NCBI GenBank assembly: GCA_951406725.2
Contig: OX597819.1
Location: 112,778,001 to 112,842,000, forward strand
Source: Octopus vulgaris
Taxonomy: Eukaryota
Direction of reading: 5' to 3'
DNA: 64,000 nt
Part shown: piece after piece, positions 40,341 through 52,438 of the stretch
How the letters are laid out: every line of letters starts with the position of its first letter
Numbering within the stretch: the stretch's first letter is position 1
Notes under the pieces: generated by a model
What the model was told of the DNA's origin: nothing
The model's input: only the letters and a program-made list of their open reading frames with translations
Databases searched by the model: none
Position numbers and translations under genes: made by a program

Positions 40341-40738
40341 GGGCGGTGAGCTGGCAGAAACGTTAGCACACCGGGCGAAATGCTTAGTGGTATTTCGGCT
40401 GCTGTTACGTTGTGAGTTCAAATTCCGCCGAGGTCGACTTTGCCTTTCATCCTTTCGGGGTCGATAAATTAAGTACCAGTTACGCACTGGGGTTGATGTA
40501 ATCGACTTAATACCTATGTCTGTCCTTGTTTGTCCCCTCTGTGTTTAGCCCCTTGTGGGTAATAAAGAAATAGGTATTTCATCTGTCTTTATGTTCTGAG
40601 TTCAAATTCTGCCAAGGTTGATTTTGCCTTCATCTTTTCGGGGTCCATAAATTAAGTACCAGTTGCATACTGGGGTCGATTTAATTGACTGGCCTCCTCC
40701 CCCAAAATTTCAGGCCTTGTGCCTAGAGCAGAAAAGAA
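40341..40738 (+). mobile_element. Dimeric SINE family B
   Basis: Same structure as 37005-37400. Confidence 0.85.
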
Positions 40739-41159
40739 TATTTATCAACTTTTTAAAGACTAAAGAAAGATATTGAACAGAATAAATGTAACTCTGTTTA
40801 TATAAATCTGTTATAGAATTACTGAGGAATGGTTTTGCTTCATGAAATTTTCTGTAACATTTCTCTTCTTTACCGTTTGGAATATATACAAGATTATTTA
40901 ATATTGTAATTAAACTTGAACAAATATGAATAGGAACTAGCAATGTCTACAGATATCAACAAAGATTGTGGTCAGTGGAAATATAGCAGTAAAAATATTT
41001 GCCAGGAATGGAATATCAAAATGAAAATAAGAAAAATATTTGTATATTGTGATGAGAAAAGGAAAATTGTGGGGAAATGAATTATGTGAGAATCTTGATT
41101 GATTGGTTTTTTATATTTTTTGTTTTCTCCTGAAGAAGAGCCAAAAAAGATAAGAAATT

Positions 41160-41457
41160 CCTCATACCACTGTGACCATCTGTGGTATATCATTCTCTTG
41201 AAAAGGTAACAGAAATACTCACAAATATATTCATACCAGAGAGAAACCATATCACTGTAACATCTGTGATACATCATTCTCTGTAATTACTAGCTTAGCT
41301 AAATACAAATAGTTTCATACAGGAGAGCAAACATATTACTGTGATTTCTGCAATAAATCATTCTCTGAAAGTAGTATTTTAACAAAACACATACATAATC
41401 ATATTGGAAAGAAACCATATTATAGTGATATCTGTAGTAAATAATTCTGTCAAATAC
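41160..41457 (+). pseudogene. C2H2 zinc-finger array pseudogene (octopus-type)
   Basis: SYHCD(fs)[87 protein letters not shown]: ~3.5 fingers with stops. Confidence 0.85.
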
Positions 41458-41487
41458 AATGATGATGATGAGGATGATAATAATAAT

Positions 41488-41702
41488 CCTTTCTACTAAA
41501 GGCACAAGACCTGAAATTTTGAAGGAGGGGGTAAGGTGATTAGATAAACCCCAGTATTTCACTGGTATTTAATCTATCAACCCTGAAAGAATGAAAGGCA
41601 AAGTCGACCTTAGCGGAATTTGAACTCACAACATAAAAATGGATGAAATACCATTAAGCATTTTTCCCAGTGTGCTAATGATTCTGCCAGCTCACTGCCT
41701 TA
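41488..41702 (-). mobile_element. SINE family B monomer, decayed
   Basis: Same head and central domain. Confidence 0.75.
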
Positions 41703-41715
41703 GTAATGATAATTG

Positions 41716-42031
41716 AAACCCCCTTCGGTCATGGCTGACCGTGGGATTGATCCTAGAAAGTTATCCTCCCAGGCACAAGTCCAGGCAAGGTTGTTTACGG
41801 AAGACCAGCAGTCACCCATGCATACCGGTCTCCCCTCTCCACACCACCAGTGTTATCCAAGGGAAGGCAAGGGCCGATACAGCTTTGCAACTCATTTCTA
41901 CAGCTGAGTGAACTGGAGCAATGTGAAATAAAGTGTCTTGCTCAAGACACAACACGCAGCCGAGTCGGAGATTCAAACTCACAACCTCACAATCGTAAGC
42001 TCGATGCTCTAACCACTGAGCCATGCACCTT
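41716..42031 (-). mobile_element. SINE family C
   Basis: Reverse complement of the 19826-20157 family. Confidence 0.85.
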
Positions 42032-42521
42032 CACTAATAATAATTATAATAGTATTAATAATGGTTTCAAATTTTAGCACAACGCCAGCAGTTTCAGAGA
42101 AGGGAGTAAGTCAATTACATCGACCCTGGTGCTCAGCTAGTTCTTATTTTAATGACCCTGAAAGGATGAAAGTCAAAGTTGAACTCTACAATAAAAATAA
42201 ATAACATGAGAAAATATGTGTGTGAGTAGAAGGTATCAGAAAAAATGTGGAATCTGTGGAATTTAGAAAGTGACAGTGACACACAGTGTTGCAGAATGTT
42301 GAAATCTGACCCAGGGAGAATATAAAGAAATGGAGGCATGACCAAGTTGTGAAAGTTTTATTCTGGAGGTTTTGTCAGAAGTGAGGATTTGAAACTGGAG
42401 GTACATGGTATGATCATAAGGTGAAAAGGGTGCTGGAACTGGAGAAACACAAAGTTTTATGGGGTTTTCTATTCAAATGGATAAGAAGCTGGAAAATAAT
42501 AGACCAGACATAACAATAATA

Positions 42522-42855
42522 CATCATCATCATCATCATCATCATCGTTTAACGTCCGCTTTCCATGCTAGCATGGGTTGGACGATTTGACTGAGGTCTG
42601 GCAAACCAGATGGCTGCACCAGACTCCAATCTGATCCGGCAGAGTTTCTACAGCTGGATGCCCTTCCTAATGCCAACTACTCTGAGTGTGTAGTGGGTGC
42701 TTTTACATGCCACCGGCCCGAGGGTCAGACTGGTGGTACTGGCAACGGCCACGCTCAAATGGTGCTTTTTATGTGCCACCTGCTCAGGAGCCAGTCCAGT
42801 GGCACTGGCAACGACCTCTCTCGAATGTTTTTTCATGTGCCACCAGCACAAATGC
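42522..42855 (-). mobile_element. RTE 3' UTR repeat (family D)
   Basis: (CAT)n followed by the reverse-complement family D body. Confidence 0.8.
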
Positions 42856-42861
42856 AAGTAA

Positions 42862-43250
42862 GGCGACAAACAAAATTGCTTACAAGCGAATTCATTATGT
42901 TCATTTGATTCCAGGATTGTAAAGAAAGAGAATGAACAATTAAAAAAGTACAACTTCTTAAAATTTGAAATTGAAAGAATCTGTAAAATAAAAACTGTAA
43001 AAGTTATGCCTGTAATAATTAGTGCATTGGGAACTGTGTGCAAAGATATAGACAAATGGTTGGTAGAATTGGAATAGAATGTTCTGTAGAGCTTCTACTG
43101 AAAGTTTGCCTCTTTGGGACTGGAATGATTATCAGAAGGGTTTTAAGCACTTGAAATACTATTGAAAGTTTGTGGATACCTAAATTTACAGATAGTAACC
43201 CTCTATCCATATAAATTCTGCTAGGAATAAGAATGAACCTGAGTCAAATC
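42862..43250 (+). mobile_element. Old R4/Dong-like REL C-terminal fragment (array unit 1)
   Basis: CSFDSRIVKKENEQLKKYNFLKFEIERICKIKTVKVMPVIISALGTV...LLKVCLFGTGMIIRRVLST*; 3' end into (TAA)n. Confidence 0.75.
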
Positions 43251-43275
43251 AATAATAATAATAATAATAATAATG

Positions 43276-43358
<83 letters not shown>

Positions 43359-43375
43359 AATAATAATAAAAAAAA

Positions 43376-43421
<46 letters not shown>

Positions 43422-43476
43422 TAATAATAATAATAATAATAATAAAATAATAACAATAATAATAATAATAATGATA

Positions 43477-43507
<31 letters not shown>

Positions 43508-43511
43508 TAAT

Positions 43512-44702
43512 AGCTTACAAAACAACCACAATTGGACTGGCCAAATATCTCGAAATATCGAATGACTGGATGCTAAAGCTCGTGGAAAATCACGAGAGAC
43601 GAAAGAAGCTTCATTTTATCATAAAGGAAAGCAAAAAATTTGCTATTGATCTCGTGCAGGATACCCAAACTGAACAACCCGAGGGAAGTACGGCAACTAT
43701 TGTTGCAAAGAAGGTGAAAATGATGGCAATGAAGAAAGCGCACGAGCAATTGGCTGATAGGTGGGAGGAGAAACCTCTGCACGGCAAATATGTGACCCGC
43801 AGCAAACAAGCTGATGTTGACCAGAAGCAAACCCATCAGTGGCTACGGAGCTCAGGGCTAAAAGCAGAGAGCGAAGGTTTCATCCTGGCTGCTCAAGATC
43901 AAAGCATATTAACCCGGAACTACCAGGCCAATGTGATGAAAAATGGAGCAGACCCAAAATGCCGATTCTGCAACGACATGATTGAAACAGTGGACCACCT
44001 AATCTCTGGATGTAAAGTCTTAGCACCAGTGGAGTATAAATTAAGACATGACAGAGTTGGCCAATATCTCCACTGGCTAATAAGTCGGCATTACAATATC
44101 AAAACTGCCGACAAGTGGTATAATCACCACCCTGAGGCTGTAACTGAAGGAGAAAATGTAACCATTCTGTGGGACTTTCCAGTACATACAGACCGAACCA
44201 TCAAGGCCAATAAACCAGATATTGTTGTGAAAGACCAAAACAATAAAGTTTGCTTATTGATCGATATGAGCATCCCCTGTGATCATAATATCTCAGCGAA
44301 AGAGTTTGACAAGCTCAGAAAATATAAAGACCTACTCATTGAAATTGAGAAAATGTGGCATCTCAAGGCGGTTACAATACCAGTGATCGTAGGAGCACTA
44401 GGAATGATCAAGAAGGGAACCGAAAATTATATGAGAATGATCCCTGGCTTACCATCCCTGCAAGAAGTGCAAAAGATTGTCTTAACTGGTACATCACACG
44501 TATTGAGAAGAGCATTGTCGATGTGAGAACTGTTGCTGCTCATGTATTTTAATTTAACTTAAAAAAAATTTTTTTTTAAATGAACGAACTACTGAGTTTG
44601 ATTTAATGGCCTACCAATGTATACTATGAGTTTCTTTGCCCTAGGAGTCGGGAAGACACTCGGCAAGAAATGGAAGCAAATTTGAAAGAAGAAAAAAAAA
44701 GT
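43512..44702 (+). mobile_element. R4/Dong-like retrotransposon family a, 5'-truncated (array unit 2)
   Basis: Open frame to 44526 with CCHC and PD-D-K REL; about 99% identical by eye to unit 4; (TAA)n on both sides. Confidence 0.92.
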
Positions 44703-44752
44703 AATAATAATAATAATAATAATAATAATGATAATAATAATAATAATAATAA

Positions 44753-45412
44753 ATATGTGGAGATGGACAAGAAACAATAAATCATATTATCTCTAGCTGC
44801 CCTGTCCTGGCTAAGAAGGAATATATTCACAGACATGACAGAGTTGGAACCTACATACATTGGAAGCTATGCCAACATTATGGAATAACAACAGAAAAAA
44901 GATGGTATAGGCACACACCAGAAAAGGTCACAGAAAACGAGAAAGCAACCATACTCTGGGATATGCCGATACACACAGATAGAGAAATTAAGGCCAACAG
45001 ATCAGATATAGTTGTCAGAGATCATGAAGAAAAAAATGCTTTCTAATTGATGTATCAATACCGGCAGATGACAACGTGACTCTAAAAGAAATGGAGAAAC
45101 TCTCAAAATACAAAGACCTGGAAATAGAGGTAACTAGAATGTGGAATCTGAAAACAGAAACAATTCCTATCATAGTAGGTGCATTAGGCATGATAAAAAA
45201 ATATTCAGACAAATACATAACAAAAACACCAGGACTTACAAACACATATAACATACAGAAAATTGCACTACTAGGCACTGCACACATCCTACGCAGTACA
45301 CTTTCCATACAATAACCATCAGAGCATCACAACAAATCACAGCACATACCCAAGGCACACAGAGCTGCCCTCGGTAGTGAAGTGAAAGCACGCTATAAAA
45401 ATAAAACTACTG
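44753..45412 (+). mobile_element. R4/Dong-like retrotransposon family b, 5'-truncated (array unit 3)
   Basis: CGDGQETINHIISSC..RHDRVG..ILWDMPIHTDREIKANRSDIVV..EKLSKYKDLEIE..PIIVGALG; distinct 3' UTR; (TAA)n on both sides. Confidence 0.9.
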
Positions 45413-45463
45413 AATAATAATAATAATAAAATAATGATAATAATAATAATAATGATAATAATA

Positions 45464-45610
<147 letters not shown>

Positions 45611-45618
45611 TTTCCACT

Positions 45619-47403
45619 GTGATTTCAAACTTCCTGAAGCACAATATGTCGTTGTGGAATACGAATCTCCAATTATACCACTCTAATGGAGTACTTGCCT
45701 CAGAAAATATAAACATCAACTGTGGAATTTTTCAAGGTGACTCACTCTCACCTTTAATATTCTGCATAGCCCTAATACCCCTTACAAGTGAATTAAACAG
45801 AACAGGGTATGGGTATAAAATTGCCAATAAAAAAATAAGCCATCTATTTTATATGGATGACTTAAAACTTTATGGTAAAGACAATAATGAACTTGAAGGC
45901 CTATTGCGCACCGTGAAAGCATTCAGCGATGACATCGGGATGGAGTTTGGACTTGAGAAGTGTGCCAAGGCCACTTTCCAGAAAGGGAAAGTGAAGACCA
46001 CAAATTCAGTCGTGTTAGATGTTGACACAGTCATAAGAGAGCTTGAGCAAGAACAGACATACAAATATTTAGGGATAAATGAAGGCTCTGGTATTCAGCA
46101 TGCAAGCATGAAAGAGAAAATCAGGAAGGAATGTTATAGGAGAGTTCGTGCAGTCCTGAAATCTGAACTAAATGCACGTAACAAGGTGTTAGCTATAAAT
46201 TCCTTAGCAGTTCCAGTTGTTACTTATAGCTACAATGTGTTGAACTGGAATATGAGTGAAGTAAAGAATATAGATAGAAAAATACGCATGCTGCTGAGTT
46301 GTAATAGGATGCACCACCCAAAGGCAGATGTAGATCGCCTTTACCTTCCCAGAACCCAAGGAGGTCGAGGCCTGATCCAATTTGAACTAGCTTACAAAAC
46401 AACCACAATTGGACTGGCCAAATATCTCGAAATATCGAATGACTGGATGCTAAAGCTCGTGGAAAATCACGAGAGACGAAAGAAGCTTCATTCTATCATC
46501 AAGGAAAGCAAAAAATTTGCTATTAATCTCGTGCAGGATACCCAAACTGAACAACCCGAGGGAAGTACGGCAACTATTGTTGCAAAGAAGGTGAAAATGA
46601 TGGCAATGAAAAAAGCGCACGAGCAATTGGCTGATAGGTGGGAGGAGAAACCTCTGCACGGCAAATATGTGACCCGCAGCAAACAAGCTGATGTTGACCA
46701 GAAGCAAACCCATCAGTGGCTGCGGAGCTCAGGGCTAAAAGCAGAGAGCGAAGGTTTCATCCTGGCTGCTCAAGACCAAAGCCTATTAACCCGGAACTAC
46801 CAGGCCAATGTGATGAAAAATGGAGCAGACCCAAAATGCCGATTCTGCAACGACATGATTGAAACAGTGGACCACCTAATTTCTGGATGTAAAGTCTTAG
46901 CACCAGTGGAGTATAAATTAAGACATGACAGAGTTGGCCAATATCTCCACTGGCTAATAAGTCGGCATTACAATATCAAAACTGCCGACAAGTGGTATAA
47001 TCACCACCCTGAGGCTGTAACTGAAGGAGAAAATGTAACCATTCTGTGGGACTTTCCAGTACATACAGACCGAACCATCAAGGCCAATAAACCAGATATT
47101 GTTGTGAAAGACCAAAACAATAAAGTTTGCTTATTGATCGATATGAGCATCCCCTGTGATCATAATATCTCAGCGAAAGAGTTTGACAAGCTCAGAAAAT
47201 ATAAAGACCTACTCATTGAAATTGAGAAAATGTGGCATCTCAAGGCGGTTACAATACCAGTGATCGTAGGAGCACTAGGAATGATCAAGAAGGGAACCGA
47301 AAATTATATGAGAATGATCCCTGGCTTACCATCCCTGCAAGAAGTGCAAAAGATTGTCTTAACTGGTACATCACACGTATTGAGAAGAGCATTGTCGATG
47401 TGA
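45619..47403 (+). CDS. Reverse transcriptase + CCHC + restriction-like endonuclease of R4/Dong-like element (array unit 4, element ~45609-47582, 5'-truncated)
   Basis: 594-aa uninterrupted frame: GIFQGDSLSPLIF, HLFYMDDLKLY, YKYLG, GGRGL, CRFCNDMIETVDHLISGC, RHD, KPDIVV..LIDMSIP..KLRKY. Confidence 0.93.
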   Translation: MISNFLKHNMSLWNTNLQLYHSNGVLASENININCGIFQGDSLSPLIFCIALIPLTSELNRTGYGYKIANKKISHLFYMDDLKLYGKDNNELEGLLRTVKAFSDDIGMEFGLEKCAKATFQKGKVKTTNSVVLDVDTVIRELEQEQTYKYLGINEGSGIQHASMKEKIRKECYRRVRAVLKSELNARNKVLAINSLAVPVVTYSYNVLNWNMSEVKNIDRKIRMLLSCNRMHHPKADVDRLYLPRTQGGRGLIQFELAYKTTTIGLAKYLEISNDWMLKLVENHERRKKLHSIIKESKKFAINLVQDTQTEQPEGSTATIVAKKVKMMAMKKAHEQLADRWEEKPLHGKYVTRSKQADVDQKQTHQWLRSSGLKAESEGFILAAQDQSLLTRNYQANVMKNGADPKCRFCNDMIETVDHLISGCKVLAPVEYKLRHDRVGQYLHWLISRHYNIKTADKWYNHHPEAVTEGENVTILWDFPVHTDRTIKANKPDIVVKDQNNKVCLLIDMSIPCDHNISAKEFDKLRKYKDLLIEIEKMWHLKAVTIPVIVGALGMIKKGTENYMRMIPGLPSLQEVQKIVLTGTSHVLRRALSM

Positions 47404-47608
47404 GAACTGTTGCTGCTCATGTATTTTAATTTAACTTAAAAAAAAAAAATTAAAAAAAAAATGAACGAACTACTGAGTTTGGTTTAATGGCCTACCAATA
47501 TACACTATGAGTTTCTTTGCCCTAGGAGTCGGGAAGACACTCGGCAAGAAATGGAAGAAAATTTGAAAGAAGAAAAAAAAAGTAATAATAATAATAATAA
47601 TAATAATA

Positions 47609-47649
<41 letters not shown>

Positions 47650-47672
47650 AATAATAATAAGAAGAAGAAGAA

Positions 47673-48382
47673 TATGGAGGGTCAACCTTGGGAATGAGCA
47701 AGTGTCTCTGCTGTGTTGCATCTGCAATAGAGTGTATGCAACCATTGCCCATATCATGAAAGAATGTCCTTAGACTTGCCCAAAACTACTACAAGTTGTG
47801 GCAAAATGATCAGGTAGTGAAAGTGCTTCATTGGAAATTGTGTGAAAAGTGGGGGCTAGAGAGAGGGAAGACGTAGTATGAGCACAAACCACAGAGAGTA
47901 GCAGAGTCAGAGACTAGCAAAATACTCCGGAATTTTCCAATCCAAACAGATCAGGTGCTAGAGCATAACAGACTGGACCTAGTGGTGGTGGACAAGATGC
48001 ACCACATATGCTATATAGTTGACATTGTATGCCCCTTTGACCCACAAATAGTCAAGAAGGAATGTAAAAAGATAGATAAATACAATCCTCTTAAGTACAA
48101 AATAGCCCAGCTAAGAAAATGAAGAATGTGAAGATAGTGCCAACTATCATTGGATCCTTAGGAACAGTATCAGAACATATCAAGTGGGATATACAAGAAA
48201 TTGGAATAGAGCACCTAGTAGAACTGTTACAAAAAGTTTGCTTCCTTGGCATGGCCAGAATTATCAGGAAAGTATTAGTTAGCTGAAAAGAAGGGATATC
48301 ATGGTACCGTAGGCTGCATGTAGCAAGCCTGCTATGCATGTAAGACTCAAAGAACTCCAACAAAACCTGTGATAAAGAGAAA
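47673..48382 (+). mobile_element. Decayed R4/Dong-like element, further family (array unit 5)
   Basis: TIAHIMKECP..KVLHWKLCEKWGL..NFPIQTDQVLEHNRLDLVVVDK..IVDIVCPFD..KIDKY..PTIIGSLG..LLQKVCFLGMARIIRKVL; ends in aataataat. Confidence 0.8.
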
Positions 48383-48399
48383 TAATAATTATTATTATT

Positions 48400-48792
48400 T
48401 AACCTTAACCAATTGGACATGTCCCGTAGTGGTTGATAATATGTGTATTTCTGAACATGAGCAGGAGTAGAGGGGAAGCATGATAGTCATGTGTTGAGAG
48501 GAATTGTTTGAGGTTTTAATAATTCACCGCTGGAAACATAGGTGTTTCGTTCAACAGCCTTAAACAACCCTTATTCAGGGACCTTTTGAGCAGGATGGGC
48601 TACTCTACCTGAAGAAAAGTCTAACTGGACCCACCAGCAATGTCATGTGCTGTTCATCTTGATATGATATCTCCATGCCATGCACATATGGTTGTGATGC
48701 ATGTGCCTGGTGTACCCTTATCACAGGTGTATTCAGCTTCATATATTGGTACCCCAGTGTCACTTTGATGGCATGTGCTGCTCTCTCACTCA
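48400..48792 (+). mobile_element. Retroelement 3' UTR-like repeat ending in (TAA)n
   Basis: Ends ctctctcactc-aataataat; part of it recurs reversed and tandemly duplicated at 59435-59790. Confidence 0.5.
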
Positions 48793-49522
48793 ATAATAAT
48801 AATGATAAAAATAATTGTTGTTTTAAATTTTAGCAGAAAGCCAGCAATTTCAGGAGGTGAACTTAGTCTATTATATTGACCCCAGAACTTGACTGGTATT
48901 TTATTTTATCAACCCCAAAAGCATGAAATACAATATTTGAATTCAGAATGTGTAGAGCTGAAAAAGTACCACTAAGCAATTTGTCTGACAAGCTAACAAT
49001 TCTAATAGAGGGAAAGTATAAACAGCTGTTCATTCTTTTTTTCTGTCAACAATCATGTTGTGTAAATAGATGTAATGCTAACATTTATTGTAATGTACAG
49101 TATTGGCTAAAAATCTATAGATATATTCCCTAGTTAATTACAGAAACTATATTCTATGAATGGAAAGGCACATGGCCCTAGTGGTTAGAGTGTTGCATAT
49201 GCAATCACTAGGTCATGGGTTCGATTCCTGGACCAAGCGGCATATTGTGTTGTTAAACAAAACACTTCATTTCACATTGCTCCAGTCCACTCAGCTGTAA
49301 ATGGGGTCGCCCTGCAATGAACTAATCTTCTGATCAAGGGAAATGTTGGCCTGCTTGCCTAGCCAGTAGGGAGATTTCTTTTGTAAGTTAAAATGACGTA
49401 AAGTGCATTGTGACCAGTGATGTATAACATCAGTCACGTGATAAATCATTTAACCCTAACTTATATAATTGTACCATTTCACCTCTCACTGGTTCTCCCT
49501 CTGTCAACTATAGCATTGTTAA

Positions 49523-49742
49523 CCCTTTCGTTACCATATTTCTGTTGAGATGCTCTGTGTTTCTTTGAATTACTTTAAAAATAACAAAGAATTTAGTGAA
49601 ATAACTTCGTTATCATTAAGCTAGTGTTAGGAACATAAATTGTGATTAAGGTTTGGTGGAAGATTTTAATTCAGAACTTACAAAAGCAAGACATTTGTAC
49701 TCAGAGCCAGAGCCGGTTTCAGCTGGGTCAGTAACGAAAGGG
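49523..49742 (+). mobile_element. piggyBac-like MITE
   Basis: TTAA-CCCTTTCGTTAC...GTAACGAAAGGG-TTAG. Confidence 0.8.
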
Positions 49743-50153
49743 TTAGAGTTACTATTACTATCCTGCTTCCCCACTATTGCTCTTTTTTAGACCCCTCTAC
49801 CTCCCCCTCGTCATACATAAATGGTTGTTTCTCACTTCTTATCCATCACTCCCTACATTCACTCTTCAACCTTATTGACCCTTTACAGTTGCTGCCTGCC
49901 TCTCTTTCCCTTTCCTGTTCCTCCCGCCATCTCTTTCTCCCTCATATAATCTTTGCAACCCCCACACTCCTGGTTACTCCATCCATATTCACTTCCGCTC
50001 ACCTTGTACCTCGAGCAGGCAGCCAGACACCTCACCAACACTATTTATATCTATATCTCTTCCCCACCTACAGAACATTCTTACCCACTCTTCACGAATG
50101 TGGGTAGCCATGTAGTACACCTACAACAAGAACCAATTTCTCTTGTATTTTAA

Positions 50154-50374
50154 CCCTTTCATTACCAACCTGGCTAAAACCGGCCTTGGCTCTGCAGTAC
50201 AAATATCTTGTTTTCATAAGTTTTGAATTAAAATCCTCCACCAAACCTTAGTCACAATTTATGTTCCTAGCACTAGCTGAATGATAACTAAGTTATTTTA
50301 CTAAATTCTTTGTTATATTTAAAGTAATTGAAAGAAACACAGAGCATCTCAAAATAAATACAGTAACGAAAGGG
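50154..50374 (-). mobile_element. piggyBac-like MITE, inverted copy of 49523-49742
   Basis: TTAA-CCCTTTCATTAC...GTAACGAAAGGG-TTAA; internal sequence is the reverse complement of the first copy. Confidence 0.82.
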
Positions 50375-50644
50375 TTAAACCCTCATTTCCTAGCATAAAA
50401 CTGTCTCCATCCCATTTCGGGTTTCATAGTCTTGCAAGCTGCATGGTGACATCACTAATGCCAGTGTTACGCAGAAAGCACTCAATACATGCTGCAAAGT
50501 AGTTGATGTTAGGAAGGGTTTCATCCAACATTAGAAACCATACCAAGGCAAATGTTGGAGCATGATGTGATCTTTAAACCAATTAGATTTTATCAAACTG
50601 TCCAACCCATGCCAGCATAGAACATGGCTGTTAAATAATGATGG

Positions 50645-50687
<43 letters not shown>

Positions 50688-50727
50688 AATCATTGCCATC
50701 ATAAATGTGTTTTGCTGTATCATATAT

Positions 50728-51870
50728 ATTAGGGTGTTTGGAATGTAATTGCAGTTTTCCACCACTATGAAATATGAATCAACCAATCACATCAGAACTA
50801 TGATCGAATGGGTGGGAACTGTCTGGAAATAGTATATCATCTCTTCTATCTGGCTTGTATCATTCATAGTTATTTTAGTAATTAACCCCATGGAGGAAAA
50901 GAACTTTATGAAACAACATATTTGCCATTGCTTACTGTACGTAAGAGAAGTACTGCTACAGAAGTAATGAAAAACATTTGTGAAGTGTATCCAGATGCAG
51001 TGAAAGCTCATACATGTCAGCTGTGGTTTAAAAGATTTAAAGATGGCAATTGTAACATGTCTGACAAATCTCACATAGGAAGACAACCCACTTTGAATGA
51101 TGACCTTTTGAATGAGACTATTATATCAGATCCACATCAAAGCACCAGAGATTTGGTGCAAAAATTGAATGTGTCATGTTCAGCTATCTATAAACATTTA
51201 AAGCAAATTGGGAAAACACGCAAAGAGGGAATCTGGACTCCACATGAGGCTATGTTTGAGAACCAAACTCAATGTTCCTCTATCTGTAGATGTCTTCTAA
51301 TCAAGAATAACAACCTGTCATTTCTACAGTGCATTGTTACAGGTGATGAAAAATGGGTTTTGCATCACAACAGAAAATGAAAAAGACAATAGTTATCACA
51401 GAATGAGAGGCCAGAGCCAACACCAAAACCAGAACTCCATCCACAAAAATCCTTGGTCAGTGTTTGGTGGAACTTGGGAGGTATTGTCCATGATGAGCTA
51501 CTGGAACACGGAAGGACCATCAATGCAGAAGTCTATTGCCAATAATTTGATTATGTAAATGAAAAATTATGTCAAAAGAGGCCAGTTTTGGTAAACAGGA
51601 ATGGTGTTATTCTCCAGCATGAAAATGCTTGGCCACATGCTTCAAAACAGACCCAAGAAAAATAAGGTTGTTAGGATGAGAAGTTCTTCCACATCCTCCA
51701 TACTCACCTGACTTGCACCTATGGATTTCCATCTGTTCTGATCACAAGAACATTTTATAAGAGGCAAAACATTCAGAAGCAGAGAGGAAGTTGTAAACAG
51801 TCTTCCAAACATTTTCTTTTCAGGAAAAGAAATAGGTTCCTTCAAACAAGGCATAAAAAAGTTACTTAAG
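50728..51870 (+). mobile_element. Decayed mariner transposon
   Basis: CQLWFKRFKDGN, GIWTPHE, IVTGDEKWVLHHN, LQHENAWPH, HPPYSPDLAPMDFHLF; stops and frameshifts; almost no CpG. Confidence 0.88.
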
Positions 51871-51897
51871 TATATACATATATATATATATATATAT

Positions 51898-52438
51898 ATG
51901 CTTGAGGAGACCTGTTGAGTCAAGTACATGAACATGAACATCAAAATAAATATCAATGGAAACAGTAGTTGTGATACCTGTGCCGGTGGCACATAAAAAG
52001 CACCATCCGAACGTGGCCGTAGCCAGCGCCGACTCGACTGGCTTCTGTGCCGGTGGCACATAAAAAGCACCATCCGAACGTGGCCGATGCCAGCGCCGCC
52101 CCGACTGGCTTCTGTGCCGGTGGCACATAAAAAGCACCATCCGAACGTGGCCGTTGCCAGCACCACCTTGGCTGGCCACCGTGCCGGTGGCACGTTAAAA
52201 GCTCCAACCAATCGTGGCTGATGCCGGACCCCCCTGGCACCTGTGCAGATGGCACGTAAAAAGCACCCACTACACTCACGGAGTGGTTGGCGTTAGGAAG
52301 GGCATTCAGCTGTAGAAACTCTGCCAGATCAGACTGGAGCCTGGTGCAGCCCCTGGCTTCCCAGACCCCGGTCGAACCGTCCAGCCCATGCTAGCACGGA
52401 AAACGGATGCTAAACGATGATGATGATGATGATGATGA
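51898..52438 (+). mobile_element. RTE 3' UTR repeat (family D) with ~5 tandem units
   Basis: Units gtgccggtggcacataaaaagcaccatccgaacgtggccg..gccagc plus a short variable segment; (GAT)n tail. Confidence 0.82.

Noticed and set aside
43471-43511. N-terminus MIIMIMII of the 351-aa ORF as a real start
   Set aside because: It is the translated (TAA/TGA)n target tract in frame with a truncated element
50922-51380. SETMAR-like host gene
   Set aside because: No SET domain; the transposase is interrupted by stops and frameshifts
51975-52275. Repeat-spacer-like array resembling CRISPR (also at 38550-38700 and 57970-58200)
   Set aside because: Spacers are related to one another, the array is part of an RTE 3' UTR, the context is eukaryotic and there are no cas genes
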